The notes beneath the pieces were generated by a model, which was not told the DNA's origin, did not search any database, and saw only the letters and a program-made list of their open reading frames with translations. Positions 1 to 8,994 of a stretch of 64,000 nt of DNA are shown in pieces. The DNA comes from an uncultured Gemmatimonadales bacterium (GTDB lineage Bacteria > Gemmatimonadota > Gemmatimonadetes > Gemmatimonadales > GWC2-71-9), in contig CAVVWJ010000002.1 of NCBI GenBank assembly GCA_963751925.1, positions 278,292 through 342,291 on the forward strand, read 5' to 3'. The position numbers and the translations under genes are program-made. Numbering within the stretch: position 1 is the stretch's first letter; each line of letters starts with the position of its first letter.

Positions 1-963
1 GATCGCCACGTACTCTGAGCGCAAAACCGAGTCGATGCCCGTGAGTACGGCCACCACATTGCGAGCTGGGCCCCCCGGAGTGTTGGTGAACAAAACCCGG
101 GCTTGCACTGTCTTCCCCTGAGCACCGGCCTTGAGGCTGTCGACCGGTGCCCCCAACAACTGCGCGGCCGCCGAGGCACTGATGAGTATGCCGGCGGGCG
201 TGCTTCGCCTTGTCGCCAAAGTACTCGCGAGAAGCGGCTGATCGGTTCGCAAGATGTCGATCGCCTTCGGTGGTGTGATATCGAGCGTGGCGATCGCGAT
301 TGCTGCGGCCCGGGGGAAAGCCGGTGGCTGGCGATAGACGAAAAACCGCCAGTCGGGTGAGCCCTCTGGTGTCCGAGGAGCTCCGAGCACCACCAGCTTC
401 CCCACGCTCTGGCCTACAAGCGAGGGGCTGATAGAATCCCCAACCCGGCCGACGTAAATGGCGGGGACGCTGTCCGTCAGCGGCCGAGCTCCGAAGGGGA
501 ACAGGGGCGATGGGAGAACCGGAAGCGGAAGAAAATCGCGGCCGAGCTCGAGACGCGTTCCCGACACCTGAAGCGACGACGCTGGATCGACGGCGGTGGA
601 GACGATGGGAACATCCTGAAAGAACGTTCCGTTCTCGCCCATAGGCTCGAGTCCTATGCGCTTTGCCTCCTGGGCCAGGTACGCCGTCGCCTTGAGGTTT
701 CCTTCCGTCCCGGCCTCTCGACCCAACATCGAATCATCGGCAAACACATAGAGGCGCGTCATCAGGTCCTTAGCGGTAATCCCGGCAGTCGTCGGCTCGG
801 CCCGGTGTTTCATCGGCCCTTCGGGAGGGCTGTCTCCGTTGGCTAACGCAGGCGGCAGCGGCCTTGCACCGGGGTTGCTGCCGGAGGAAGAAGCGCATCC
901 GAGCAGCAGGGCCAAGCTGAAGGCCTCGAACGCCAGGAGGAACCCGATGACACGGTGACTCAC
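1..963 (-). CDS. M28-family peptidase-like lipoprotein (partial, C-terminus beyond left edge)
   Basis: Absent from the ORF track because it has no stop in the window. Reading the complement from GTG (comp. 961-963) gives VSHRVIGFLLAFEAFSLALLLGCASSS (signal peptide plus lipobox Cys). This is followed by DLMTRLYVFADDSMLGREAGTEGNLKATAYLAQEAKRIGLEP and ARNVVAVLTG, which are typical N-terminal patterns of M28 aminopeptidases. The frame stays open for 321 codons to position 1. Confidence 0.6.
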   Translation of the reverse strand, partial: MSHRVIGFLLAFEAFSLALLLGCASSSGSNPGARPLPPALANGDSPPEGPMKHRAEPTTAGITAKDLMTRLYVFADDSMLGREAGTEGNLKATAYLAQEAKRIGLEPMGENGTFFQDVPIVSTAVDPASSLQVSGTRLELGRDFLPLPVLPSPLFPFGARPLTDSVPAIYVGRVGDSISPSLVGQSVGKLVVLGAPRTPEGSPDWRFFVYRQPPAFPRAAAIAIATLDITPPKAIDILRTDQPLLASTLATRRSTPAGILISASAAAQLLGAPVDSLKAGAQGKTVQARVLFTNTPGGPARNVVAVLTGIDSVLRSEYVAI

Positions 964-1244
964 TGAAACTCCTCGAGAGAGGGCAAGGGAGCTGTAAGCT
1001 TACTTCCGAACCGGGCTTGCGGTGAGCCTGGTCACGGTGCCTCGTGCCTGACTCGACCATCTTGCGTCCGCACCGTCAACGATGGGGGATCTCCCTACAG
1101 CGCTGTCTCCCTCGCTTTTCCGCGTGACCAACAGATGAATTCAGCTGGACCGATCAGGGTCGCCAGGCTCGACCCACACGTTTGCCACGACTACCGAGGC
1201 AGCCATCCACACGGGAGGCTCGCCCGGGATACGAGCGTCCTCGC

Positions 1245-1799
1245 ATGATAGAGGTCGAATGGGAGTTCGAAGGCGACGCGCTCGGCCAGGCGGCGGCGCA
1301 GTCAGCGGTTCAGAAGATTCTGAGCCATTACAACCGGGCGCTGGGAAACGTCAGCTGTCCGGTCCACCGGCGCGCCCCGGTGCTTCGGGTACGGGGACGG
1401 ACTCTGGAGGATCTCGAAATAGACATTGCGACCTGCTGCGACGTCCTGGTCGAAGAAGCAAATAGCCGGATTCGCGCGGCGTTCACCTCTGCGCCGATCG
1501 AGGAGATGACTGAGGCCGAGGTGGACAGCCTCCGACAGGCAGTTGAACGGATCCACCGCTGCAGCGCGACGTTTCGCAGGACCGAACATGTGCGAGAGGT
1601 GCTGGCAGGAAGACCGATGTGGGTGGGCGACGTGGCTGTCTTCGATCTCCAGGGTCATCCGTCAGCGTCGGTGTGTTATGCCTGGTCGTCGTTGGTCGAA
1701 GGCTCGGAACGCCCGCGGTATTTCGTCGTGCTTCAGGAAGGACAGGTACGGTCCTCACTCGATGCGGTCCGCGCCTCGATAGAGCAGGGATACCGGTAG
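1245..1799 (+). CDS. hypothetical protein
   Basis: ORF 1182..1799. ATG at 1245 (MIEVEWEFEG...) is the more plausible start. No recognisable motif. The codon usage looks coding. Confidence 0.45.
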   Translation: MIEVEWEFEGDALGQAAAQSAVQKILSHYNRALGNVSCPVHRRAPVLRVRGRTLEDLEIDIATCCDVLVEEANSRIRAAFTSAPIEEMTEAEVDSLRQAVERIHRCSATFRRTEHVREVLAGRPMWVGDVAVFDLQGHPSASVCYAWSSLVEGSERPRYFVVLQEGQVRSSLDAVRASIEQGYR

Positions 1800-2031
1800 G
1801 ATGACTCCTGATGCCGCTGCGCCTTGCCGTCCCTCAGTTTTGCCAGGCTGAACGCCGGCACGCCCCTTATTTTCAGCGGCTGTCCGTTCTCCTATTGATT
1901 ATCACCGGCCTCTGCCCTAACGTGGTTCCGCTTCCCGGGCTGCTGCCGCCACGCTTGCTCAGCCGCCTCGTCTGCCGCACCCCACCGTGACCCGCAGACA
2001 ACTTGTGATCCGATCCGCTGAAGGAGCATCT

Positions 2032-3033
2032 ATGCTCGTTCGGAAACAGTTGCAACAGCCGAACCTTACGCTGGCTGCGCTGCTCATGGTGCTGTCATCC
2101 GTCACGGCGTGTCAGGACCAGCCTGCCGCTCCGGGGGCAGACGAAGATGCCGACGTTCCGCCCGCCGAGTTCACGGTTACAGCCGAAGCTCAGGTTGCCG
2201 CGAAGACCGCCAGGATGATCGGCTTCCATCCGCTGGGAACACTCGCCACTCGATCGGCCGCCCCGCGGCTGATGGCCGATGAGACGAGGACGGTGAACTC
2301 CCCCTTTGATTTGACCTATTTCGGCGGCCAGGTTCTCCATGCGGCCACCTCTTACAACGTGTACGTGAACTGCCCAACAACGCCGGCTGCGTGCTGGGGC
2401 ACGGGGTCGCTGTCGCCCCGGAATGTCATCAAGGATCTGAATTTCAGTGACTTCATTCGGCTGGTGAACGAGTACATCGGTTCCGACGCCAGGAAACAGT
2501 TTCCGGTGAAGGAGCTCAAGACCACCGCGAAGTTCGCCACGCCGGAGTTTGCAATCCTGGAGGAGATATTCCAAGTCATCTTCTCGGCGGTGCAGAAGAC
2601 TGGTGCGACGGGATACGATGCTATGTACCACGTCTTTTTGCCCCAAGGCACCAGCATGTGCATCGACGAGTTTACCTGCTATTCACCCGACGACCCTGCC
2701 AACTCGGTCTTCTGCGCGTTCCACGGCTCGGTGGACTTCAGCGACACCGAGCATGTGTTGTTCTCGGTCGAGCCATACCAGGCGGTGCCGGGCTGCCAAC
2801 TTCCCGGTCAGACGCCGCATGGAGTCATCGACGCCACCGCCTCGACACTCTCGCACGAGGTGATGGAGACGATCACCAATCCGGATGGTGACGGATGGTT
2901 CAACCTTCTCTTCGGTCTGGAGATGGCCGACATCTGCTTCGCCTTCGCGACCAACCGTACCTTGAACGGTCACGACTACTTCGTTCAATCCGAGTGGTCC
3001 AACAAGCGTCACGCCTGCACCAACAAGGTTTGA
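2032..3033 (+). CDS. Cys-rich secreted lipoprotein of unknown function
   Basis: ORF 1987..3033. ATG 2032 is preceded by GAAGGAG. The N-terminus MLVRKQLQQPNLTLAALLMVLSSVTAC is a signal peptide with a lipobox. The mature part has many conserved-looking Cys residues (CAFHG, CYSPDD, PGCQLPG). Confidence 0.6.
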   Translation: MLVRKQLQQPNLTLAALLMVLSSVTACQDQPAAPGADEDADVPPAEFTVTAEAQVAAKTARMIGFHPLGTLATRSAAPRLMADETRTVNSPFDLTYFGGQVLHAATSYNVYVNCPTTPAACWGTGSLSPRNVIKDLNFSDFIRLVNEYIGSDARKQFPVKELKTTAKFATPEFAILEEIFQVIFSAVQKTGATGYDAMYHVFLPQGTSMCIDEFTCYSPDDPANSVFCAFHGSVDFSDTEHVLFSVEPYQAVPGCQLPGQTPHGVIDATASTLSHEVMETITNPDGDGWFNLLFGLEMADICFAFATNRTLNGHDYFVQSEWSNKRHACTNKV

Positions 3034-3102
3034 GCTGATCTTCCTCCCGGCAGCACAAGCCGGCCGGCTGGAATGGCCCCGTCGAACTCTCCCCTGCCAT
3101 TC

Positions 3103-4485
3103 TCAGTGGCAGCTGCCCTGGCCCCGGTCGGTGAAGGTTGAGCCTTCGATGCCCAGGAACTCCCACCCGTAACTCGCCGCACCCAATGTCAGCTTGAGTA
3201 CGCCCCAGCCCTTAAACCGAACCTCGCTGTTGGGCTGAGCCGGTCCGAAGTCATAGAGACTGGCCGATCCACCGCTCCCCACAACGAACTCACGAATGCC
3301 TCGTGGGTCCGCGGTGCCGTCTGGTCGCATCGGCGCAAACCGCTCGTAGTGGTGGTTGTGTCCACTCAAGACAATCTCCGCGCCCGCATCGTTGAGGATG
3401 GTAAAGAGGTCACGGAAGCGCGGATCAGGCGGGTGGACCAGGCCGGAGGTGAACAAGGGCTTGTGCCAGTAGGCCAGAGTACAAGTGCTGGGATGGTCGG
3501 TGAGGTCCTGCTTGAGCCAGGTTGCCTGCGCGCTCGTGGCACTCGCGTCGACTTCGCTGTTGAGCGATATGATGTGCCAGCCGCCCAGGTCGAAGCTGTA
3601 ATAACCGCGGCCCGCGGGCCCCGCCCGGTCGCCGAAGTACCCGAAATATCCCGGAGCACCGGCAGTGTGATAGTCGTGGTTGCCGGGAGCGGGACGGGTT
3701 CGATCCTTGAACTGTCCCCATCCAGGCGCGTAGCAATTGGTGTAGTTGGCGGGGGTCCCGTCGTTGTACGCGTTGTCACCCAAAGTATAGATCGTCGCAG
3801 TGGGGTAGCGGGCCAGAATTGCTGCCGTGACCTTGTCCTTATAGTCCGCCGAGCAGCCGGCGATGTCACCGGCACCGATGAACACCGCTTCACCGCTGCC
3901 GCCTTGAGCCTGGATCTGGGTAGTGGTGGATCCGGTAGCGCCACCATTGTCGGTGACCGTCAATGCCACCGCAAAAGTTCCGGCCGATGAATACGTGTGG
4001 CTCGGATTCGTCTCGCTCGACTTGGATCCATCCCCAAAGTCCCAGGCGCGGCTGCTGATGCTCCCGTCGGGATCGGAGCTCTGATCGGTGAAGCCGCACG
4101 TAAGGGCAGAACAGGAGGAGACGAATGCTGCGTGTGGTGACTGGTTACCCGGTGCGGCCGGCTGGACGATCACATCGTGGGTCGCGCTCGCCGTCGCACC
4201 GCCGTTGTCCGTTACCGTCAGTGACACATGGTAAGTGCCGGCTGCGTTGTAGCTGTGCGAGGCACCCTCGCTCGGCGGGGTGCCATCGCCGAAGTCCCAC
4301 ACCCTGGCTGTGATGGTGCCGTCCGGGTCCGAGCTGGCGTCGGTGAAGCTGCACGTCAGGCCGGTGCAGCTGGAGGTGAATGCCGCAGTTGGGGAGGCGT
4401 TTCCCCCCGATGACGGATCACTACAGGAGACGAGAATTGAAGCCAGTCCGGTGATCAGGCCGGCGTGCGAGATCGAGATGTGCAT
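3103..4485 (-). CDS. PKD-domain-containing calcineurin-like metallophosphoesterase lipoprotein
   Basis: The N-terminal signal ends in ILVSC. Two PKD repeats follow (WDFGDG...TVTDNGGA, twice). Metallophosphoesterase motifs are present: GAGDIAGC, GDNAYNDG, GNHDY, GHNHHYER. Confidence 0.85.
   Translation of the reverse strand: MHISISHAGLITGLASILVSCSDPSSGGNASPTAAFTSSCTGLTCSFTDASSDPDGTITARVWDFGDGTPPSEGASHSYNAAGTYHVSLTVTDNGGATASATHDVIVQPAAPGNQSPHAAFVSSCSALTCGFTDQSSDPDGSISSRAWDFGDGSKSSETNPSHTYSSAGTFAVALTVTDNGGATGSTTTQIQAQGGSGEAVFIGAGDIAGCSADYKDKVTAAILARYPTATIYTLGDNAYNDGTPANYTNCYAPGWGQFKDRTRPAPGNHDYHTAGAPGYFGYFGDRAGPAGRGYYSFDLGGWHIISLNSEVDASATSAQATWLKQDLTDHPSTCTLAYWHKPLFTSGLVHPPDPRFRDLFTILNDAGAEIVLSGHNHHYERFAPMRPDGTADPRGIREFVVGSGGSASLYDFGPAQPNSEVRFKGWGVLKLTLGAASYGWEFLGIEGSTFTDRGQGSCH
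3901..4398 (-). repeat. two tandem PKD-domain coding repeats (~80 aa each)
   Basis: SPTAAFTSSCTGLTCSFTDASSDPDGTITARVWDFGDG...LTVTDNGGATAS versus SPHAAFVSSCSALTCGFTDQSSDPDGSISSRAWDFGDG...LTVTDNGGATGS. Confidence 0.8.
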
Positions 4486-4521
4486 GGTGATTACTCGATA
4501 CCATCAGGAGAGCAGGGGACC

Positions 4522-5193
4522 TCACGCAAGGTAGTCACCTCCCGAGGTGCCGGGGAACCCCTCCCGTCCGGTGACCACAACAACGCTCGGCTTGGCAGCT
4601 CCTGTCACCGCTTGCAGAACGGCTGCTGCGATCTTCGCTCCTCCTCGCGAAGATGGTTCGATCGGATTGGCGTAGTCTTCCGCCTGATCGCAAATCAGCC
4701 GCAAGTCTATAACCCTCAGGCCACGTTCGAACGCCACCCGGATGATGACGTCGTTGAACACACACAGAGCGGTCGAGGCGAGCCGTTGAAAATCCTGATC
4801 GGGGAAGTGGCCGTTGTAGATAGTACAGACCGCGAGAGGTGGCCCCTTCCGAGTTAGAACCTCAGTCACTGCTCGGTAGCGCCGCTCGAACCCGGCTTGG
4901 GCGTCCGCCAGCAGTCCGAGCAACCGAGCTGACGATCTTGCTCGCTGATCGAGGATATCGCTATGAGCGAGGGCGTCATTGCCCCCGACACTCAGGACCA
5001 GATGGGACGTGTTCGGCGGCAGGCGCGCAACCTGATCCCTCACATCTTCGGTACGGTGTCCGTCTACCGCCAGAAGCGTGGCTTGCCAGTCCGTCGGCAG
5101 TATGCTCCGGAGCTGGGTGATGACGTCGGGGCCCCCGTTGGTGTAGGCCCCGTTATCCAAGATCGAGTCGCCCAGCAGCACTACATGTGTCAC
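4522..5193 (-). CDS. SGNH/GDSL-family hydrolase
   Basis: ORF 4522..5457. The N-terminal 88 codons overlap the upstream gene, so GTG at comp. 5193 is preferred (VTHVVLLGDSILDNG is block I with the catalytic Ser). Also present: LSVGGNDAL (block II) and a C-terminal D-x-x-H-like region. Confidence 0.7.
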   Translation of the reverse strand: MTHVVLLGDSILDNGAYTNGGPDVITQLRSILPTDWQATLLAVDGHRTEDVRDQVARLPPNTSHLVLSVGGNDALAHSDILDQRARSSARLLGLLADAQAGFERRYRAVTEVLTRKGPPLAVCTIYNGHFPDQDFQRLASTALCVFNDVIIRVAFERGLRVIDLRLICDQAEDYANPIEPSSRGGAKIAAAVLQAVTGAAKPSVVVVTGREGFPGTSGGDYLA

Positions 5194-5207
5194 GCCGAAA
5201 GTCGCAG

Positions 5208-5576
5208 CTATGCTGCTCTCCCGTCCCTGGCTGCGTTCCAGTCGGTAAGCGCGGTGACCACGATGCTCACAGCGGCCAACCCCAGAAAGAGATTGCGCCC
5301 CCGACGATCCCGGGCGAAGCCGAGGACCCAAGGGACCGCTGGCAGCAGGACACCCAGCATCTTGTCCACCGTCCCGTGAGCCCGAAACGGGACCGCACGC
5401 TTCACGGCAAGAGGATAGTCCGTGAGCGCTGCCAGCGTGCTGTATCCAGCCGCCCACGCACGTGCGATGCGAGCCGCGGGCGCGGAAACGCCTAGAAGAC
5501 GGGTGGCAGCAGTCGTCGTGGCGGCAGTCGCGTAATCGAGTATTCCGTGGAGCTGAGGCGAAATCGGCTTATTCAT
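5208..5576 (-). CDS. small integral membrane protein, unknown function
   Basis: ORF 5208..5645. The internal ATG at comp. 5576 (MNKPISPQLHGILDYATAA...) is preferred. There are several hydrophobic helices (VLLPAVPWVLGF, LFLGLAAVSIVVTAL). Confidence 0.5.
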   Translation of the reverse strand: MNKPISPQLHGILDYATAATTTAATRLLGVSAPAARIARAWAAGYSTLAALTDYPLAVKRAVPFRAHGTVDKMLGVLLPAVPWVLGFARDRRGRNLFLGLAAVSIVVTALTDWNAARDGRAA

Positions 5577-5932
5577 AGAGAGACTCCATACTAAGGAAAG
5601 CATTACAGGCTTCTTCGGGCCCTCGGAGGATGCCCGATTGCTCACGCCGAGTCACTACGCTAACCCAGGGTCCCTTGGCCGGGTGTGCCGTAGCGCACAG
5701 CAGGCCGAGTGAGGGTTGTTGCCCAACTAGGCCCCTAAGCCGATGAGGTACTCTGGCTTGCGTCTGAGAAGTCACCTAACTTCTTACATAGGTCGGCAGG
5801 GCCGCGACCATTCGGGGTTGATGTGCGTCACAGCGGTGCGCACGCAGGTGCTGGTAGCCTGACGTTCAAATCACAGGAACCCTCTTCGTGGGGAGGGCTT
5901 GAGGCAGCGACCACTCGCAGCCAGGAGCCCGC

Positions 5933-6406
5933 ATGTCCAAACGAGGAGACCGGAGGTCACGCTTCTCTGTCGATCCGACCGTCCTGGTCGTCGATGACGA
6001 GGAGACACCCCGCTCCGTCACCTCCCACATGGTTCGAGCGCTGGGATACCAGGTGCGCACCGCGCGGGACGGTCGGGAGGCACTGCGGTACCTTCAGCAG
6101 CATCCGGGCGAGATCCGCCTCATCCTCACCGATGTGGTGATGCCGACGATGGATGGTGGGGAGTTGGCAGAACGGGCCCGGGACTTACACCCCAGGCTTC
6201 CGATCGTGCTGATGTCGGCCTATCCGGTGGGCGAGATCGCGGACCTGGTGGCGGCGTATCCCGAGCTGCCGTTTCTGGAGAAGCCGTTTACGACTGAGGT
6301 GCTCCAGCATGTGCTCACCCCTCTGCTGGGAGCGCCTCCGAAGCCCGCGGGACGTCGCGCCAACGACCGGGTTCGTTATCGCGACCGGACGAGGCAATCA
6401 CGTTGA
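5933..6406 (+). CDS. single-domain response regulator (CheY-like receiver)
   Basis: VLVVDDEE...LILTDVVMPTMDGGEL...PIVLMSAY...EKPF shows canonical receiver motifs with the phospho-acceptor Asp. A short basic C-terminal tail follows and there is no output domain. Confidence 0.85.
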   Translation: MSKRGDRRSRFSVDPTVLVVDDEETPRSVTSHMVRALGYQVRTARDGREALRYLQQHPGEIRLILTDVVMPTMDGGELAERARDLHPRLPIVLMSAYPVGEIADLVAAYPELPFLEKPFTTEVLQHVLTPLLGAPPKPAGRRANDRVRYRDRTRQSR

Positions 6407-6412
6407 GCTGCC

Positions 6413-7015
6413 ATGGCGCCACTCCGTATTTTTCTTCTCTCTCCAGCCCATTGCGGTGGAAAGCGCGCCGAGTTGTTGCTGAACGAACGGGCCCAGTTTC
6501 CCCTGGCCGTGCGCCTGCGCTCCGCAGGTGTCAGCCTGGGTGAGGCGTTCAGCTTCCTCAGCGGCCTCTACTTCCGGGGCAAGCTGACGTACGCACACCG
6601 TTTCGCCCGTCCATCCGTCAGCCAGCATGGCGTCCAGATTATCACCACCGATCGTGGTCTACTGGCGGCAGACACCGCAGTGAGACCACAGGATCTTCGC
6701 GCCTTTGGGTCAGTCGACATCAGCGCGGACCAGGCACAATACCGCACTCCGCTCGAGCGGGACGTGAGCCGGCTCGGCTCCGAGGCCGAGGTGGTGCTGC
6801 TGGGAAGCGTGGCCACTGGCAAGTACGTGGACATCCTGCTCGAGAGATTGGGCGACCGTCTCCTCTTTCCGACCGAGTTTGTAGGCCGCGGCGACATGAG
6901 TCGTGGTGGGCTGTTGCTGCGGGCAGTGCGGGAGGGGAAGGAGCTGGCGTATCAGCCGGTCGCGGGCGCGATACGGCGGGGGCGGCGTCCGCCAAGGCTG
7001 AGTCCGAACCGATGA
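6413..7015 (+). CDS. conserved hypothetical protein, first gene of the split LigD operon
   Basis: 200-aa ORF starting 7 nt after the receiver gene. Its stop overlaps the next start (ATGA at 7012-7015). Motifs: IFLLSPAHCGGKRAELL, FSFLSGLYFRGKL, VVLLGSVATGKYVDIL, FVGRGDMSRGGLLLR. I do not recognise the family. Confidence 0.6.
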   Translation: MAPLRIFLLSPAHCGGKRAELLLNERAQFPLAVRLRSAGVSLGEAFSFLSGLYFRGKLTYAHRFARPSVSQHGVQIITTDRGLLAADTAVRPQDLRAFGSVDISADQAQYRTPLERDVSRLGSEAEVVLLGSVATGKYVDILLERLGDRLLFPTEFVGRGDMSRGGLLLRAVREGKELAYQPVAGAIRRGRRPPRLSPNR

Positions 7016-7956
7016 CCGGCACGAGGGCCGCTGCCGCTTGGGTAAGCATTCCTCGGTCGGGAGATGCGACGCTCAGGCTCGGGCCACACGTGGTGCAGCT
7101 GACGAACCTCGACAAACTGTTCTGGCCCGAGTTGGGCTTCACCAAAGCCGACTTGCTTCAGTACTACGCCGATGTCTCCGCTGTGCTGCTGCCGCACCTG
7201 AGAGATCGCGCCATGGTGATGAAGCGCTACCCCAACGGGATTGACGGCAAGTGGTTTTTTATGAAGCGAACCCCCTCGCCCAGGCCGGAGTGGCTCGAGA
7301 CCTGTGAGATTCTCCACGAGTCGGAAAACCTCATCGCCTTTCCAATGGTCCAGGACCTCGCATCACTTCTCTGGGTCGTGAACCTCGGCTGCATCGACCT
7401 CAACCAGTGGTACGCCCGCTGTGATGATGTCGACCGCCCCGATTACCTCCATTTCGATCTCGATCCCGGCAACGGCGCAACCTTCGAGCAGGTACGGGAG
7501 ACCGCGCTTCTGGTTCGCGATGTACTGGAGCAGCTGGGGATGAAGCCGCTGGTCAAGACCAGCGGGTCGAAGGGGCTCCACCTGTACGTGCCCATCGTGC
7601 GCGGGCCGACGCAGAAGGAGGTTTGGAATTATGCCAAAATCCTGGCCAAGTGGTTGGACCAGCAGCATCCCGCTCTGATCACCGCGGAGTACCGAATCGC
7701 GAATCGTCCCAAAGGCCGGGTGCTGGTGGACTACAACCAGAACGCCTGGGGACGAACCCTCGCCTCGATCTACTCGGTGCGCCCTACGAACAAGGCGACC
7801 GTCTCCACTCCCGTCACCTGGCAGGAGGTGGAGGCAGGTGTCGAGATCGAGGATTTCAGGATGGACAACGTGCCGGCTCGCGTGCGGAAGCTAGGTGACC
7901 TCTGGAAGCCGCTGCTCGCCAGTCGCGGCCGGGCGCGATTGGATAAACTCTCGTGA
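7012..7956 (+). CDS. ligD: LigD polymerase/primase (PolDom) stand-alone protein
   Basis: VQLTNLDKLFWPELGFTKADLLQYYADVSAVLLPHLRDRAMVMKRYPNG, HFDLDP, KTSGSKGLHLYVPI and VLVDYNQN are the archaeo-eukaryotic-primase-type LigD Pol domain motifs. Confidence 0.9.
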   Translation: MTGTRAAAAWVSIPRSGDATLRLGPHVVQLTNLDKLFWPELGFTKADLLQYYADVSAVLLPHLRDRAMVMKRYPNGIDGKWFFMKRTPSPRPEWLETCEILHESENLIAFPMVQDLASLLWVVNLGCIDLNQWYARCDDVDRPDYLHFDLDPGNGATFEQVRETALLVRDVLEQLGMKPLVKTSGSKGLHLYVPIVRGPTQKEVWNYAKILAKWLDQQHPALITAEYRIANRPKGRVLVDYNQNAWGRTLASIYSVRPTNKATVSTPVTWQEVEAGVEIEDFRMDNVPARVRKLGDLWKPLLASRGRARLDKLS

Positions 7957-8951
7957 CCCTTCCACTCGCCTTTCCCTTTCCTCCAATGGAGGCAGATTCG
8001 GCTGACGCGCTCCCGAACGGCAAGAGCTGGCTCTACGAGCCGAAATGGGACGGGTTCCGCTGCCTGGCATTCAAGGATCAAGAAGGCGTTCGGATTCAAT
8101 CCAAAGCGGGTAAGCCGCTCGGGCGCTACTTCCCGGATGTGGTGAAGTCGGTGCAGGAGCTGCGGGCGAAGCAGTTCGTGCTCGACGGCGAGATCGTGAT
8201 TCCTGTGAATGGCCGGCTCTCGTTCGATGAGCTGTTGATGCGGGTCCATCCCGCCGAAAGCAGAGTTCGGGCTCTGGTGGAGGCTCATCCCGCCAGGCTG
8301 GTGGTGTTCGATCTGCTGGTGGACGAGCGAGGTCGGTCGCTGGTGGATCTGCCGCTCGCGGAACGGCGTCCCAGGCTTGAGGCCTTCGCCAAAAAATACT
8401 TCACCACCGGCTCGATCATTCTCTCGCAGGCCACTCGCAGGTTGGCCACAGCGGAGACCTGGCTGGCGGGCCGAGGCCGAGCAGATCTGGAGGGCGTCAT
8501 GGCCAAGAGGCTCGACCTCCCGTACCGCTCGGGCGAGCGCGATGGAATGCAGAAGGTGAAGCGGCGTCGAACCGCCGATTGCGTGGTCGGCGGATTTCGG
8601 TATGCCTCTGCCGGAGGAGGAATCGGATCGTTGCTACTGGGACTCTACGACGAGGATGGTCTCCTCCATCACGTCGGGTTCACGTCCAGTCTTCGAGCCG
8701 ACGAGCGGAAGGGGCTCAAGGACAAGCTCGAGCGTTTGATACGGCCGCCCGGGTTTACCGGGCGGGCACCAGGCGGGCCGAGCCGGTGGAGCACCGAGCG
8801 GTCCGGCAAGTGGGAGCCGCTTGCCCCGACGCTCGTGGTCGAGGTCGGTTACGATCACGTATCGGACGGGCGCTTCCGCCACGGAACGAAGTTCCTGCGC
8901 TGGCGGCCCGACAAAGCTCCCGAGCAATGCACGATAGATCAGCTTCGATAA
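7953..8951 (+). CDS. ligD: ATP-dependent DNA ligase (LigD ligase domain, stand-alone)
   Basis: Adenylation motif I YEPKWDGFRC (KxDG). Also LDGEIV, VVFDLL, EGVMAKRLDLPY, and an OB-fold tail ending FLRWRPDK. GTGA overlap with the upstream gene. Confidence 0.9.
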   Translation: MTLPLAFPFPPMEADSADALPNGKSWLYEPKWDGFRCLAFKDQEGVRIQSKAGKPLGRYFPDVVKSVQELRAKQFVLDGEIVIPVNGRLSFDELLMRVHPAESRVRALVEAHPARLVVFDLLVDERGRSLVDLPLAERRPRLEAFAKKYFTTGSIILSQATRRLATAETWLAGRGRADLEGVMAKRLDLPYRSGERDGMQKVKRRRTADCVVGGFRYASAGGGIGSLLLGLYDEDGLLHHVGFTSSLRADERKGLKDKLERLIRPPGFTGRAPGGPSRWSTERSGKWEPLAPTLVVEVGYDHVSDGRFRHGTKFLRWRPDKAPEQCTIDQLR

Positions 8952-8994
8952 CGCTCGGCACGACGACAAAGAAGACGCGGGAGAGGAGAGGTTT

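Noticed and set aside
770-1060. 96-aa ORF on the - strand at 770-1060.
   Set aside because: It is out of frame with, and overlaps, the much longer motif-bearing M28 peptidase frame (comp. 1-963). The sequence is low complexity.
2840-2880. HEVME in the 2032-3033 lipoprotein as a zinc-metalloprotease HExxH site.
   Set aside because: The fifth residue is Glu, not His, so it is not a zincin motif. It is kept only as a possible novel metal site in the findings.
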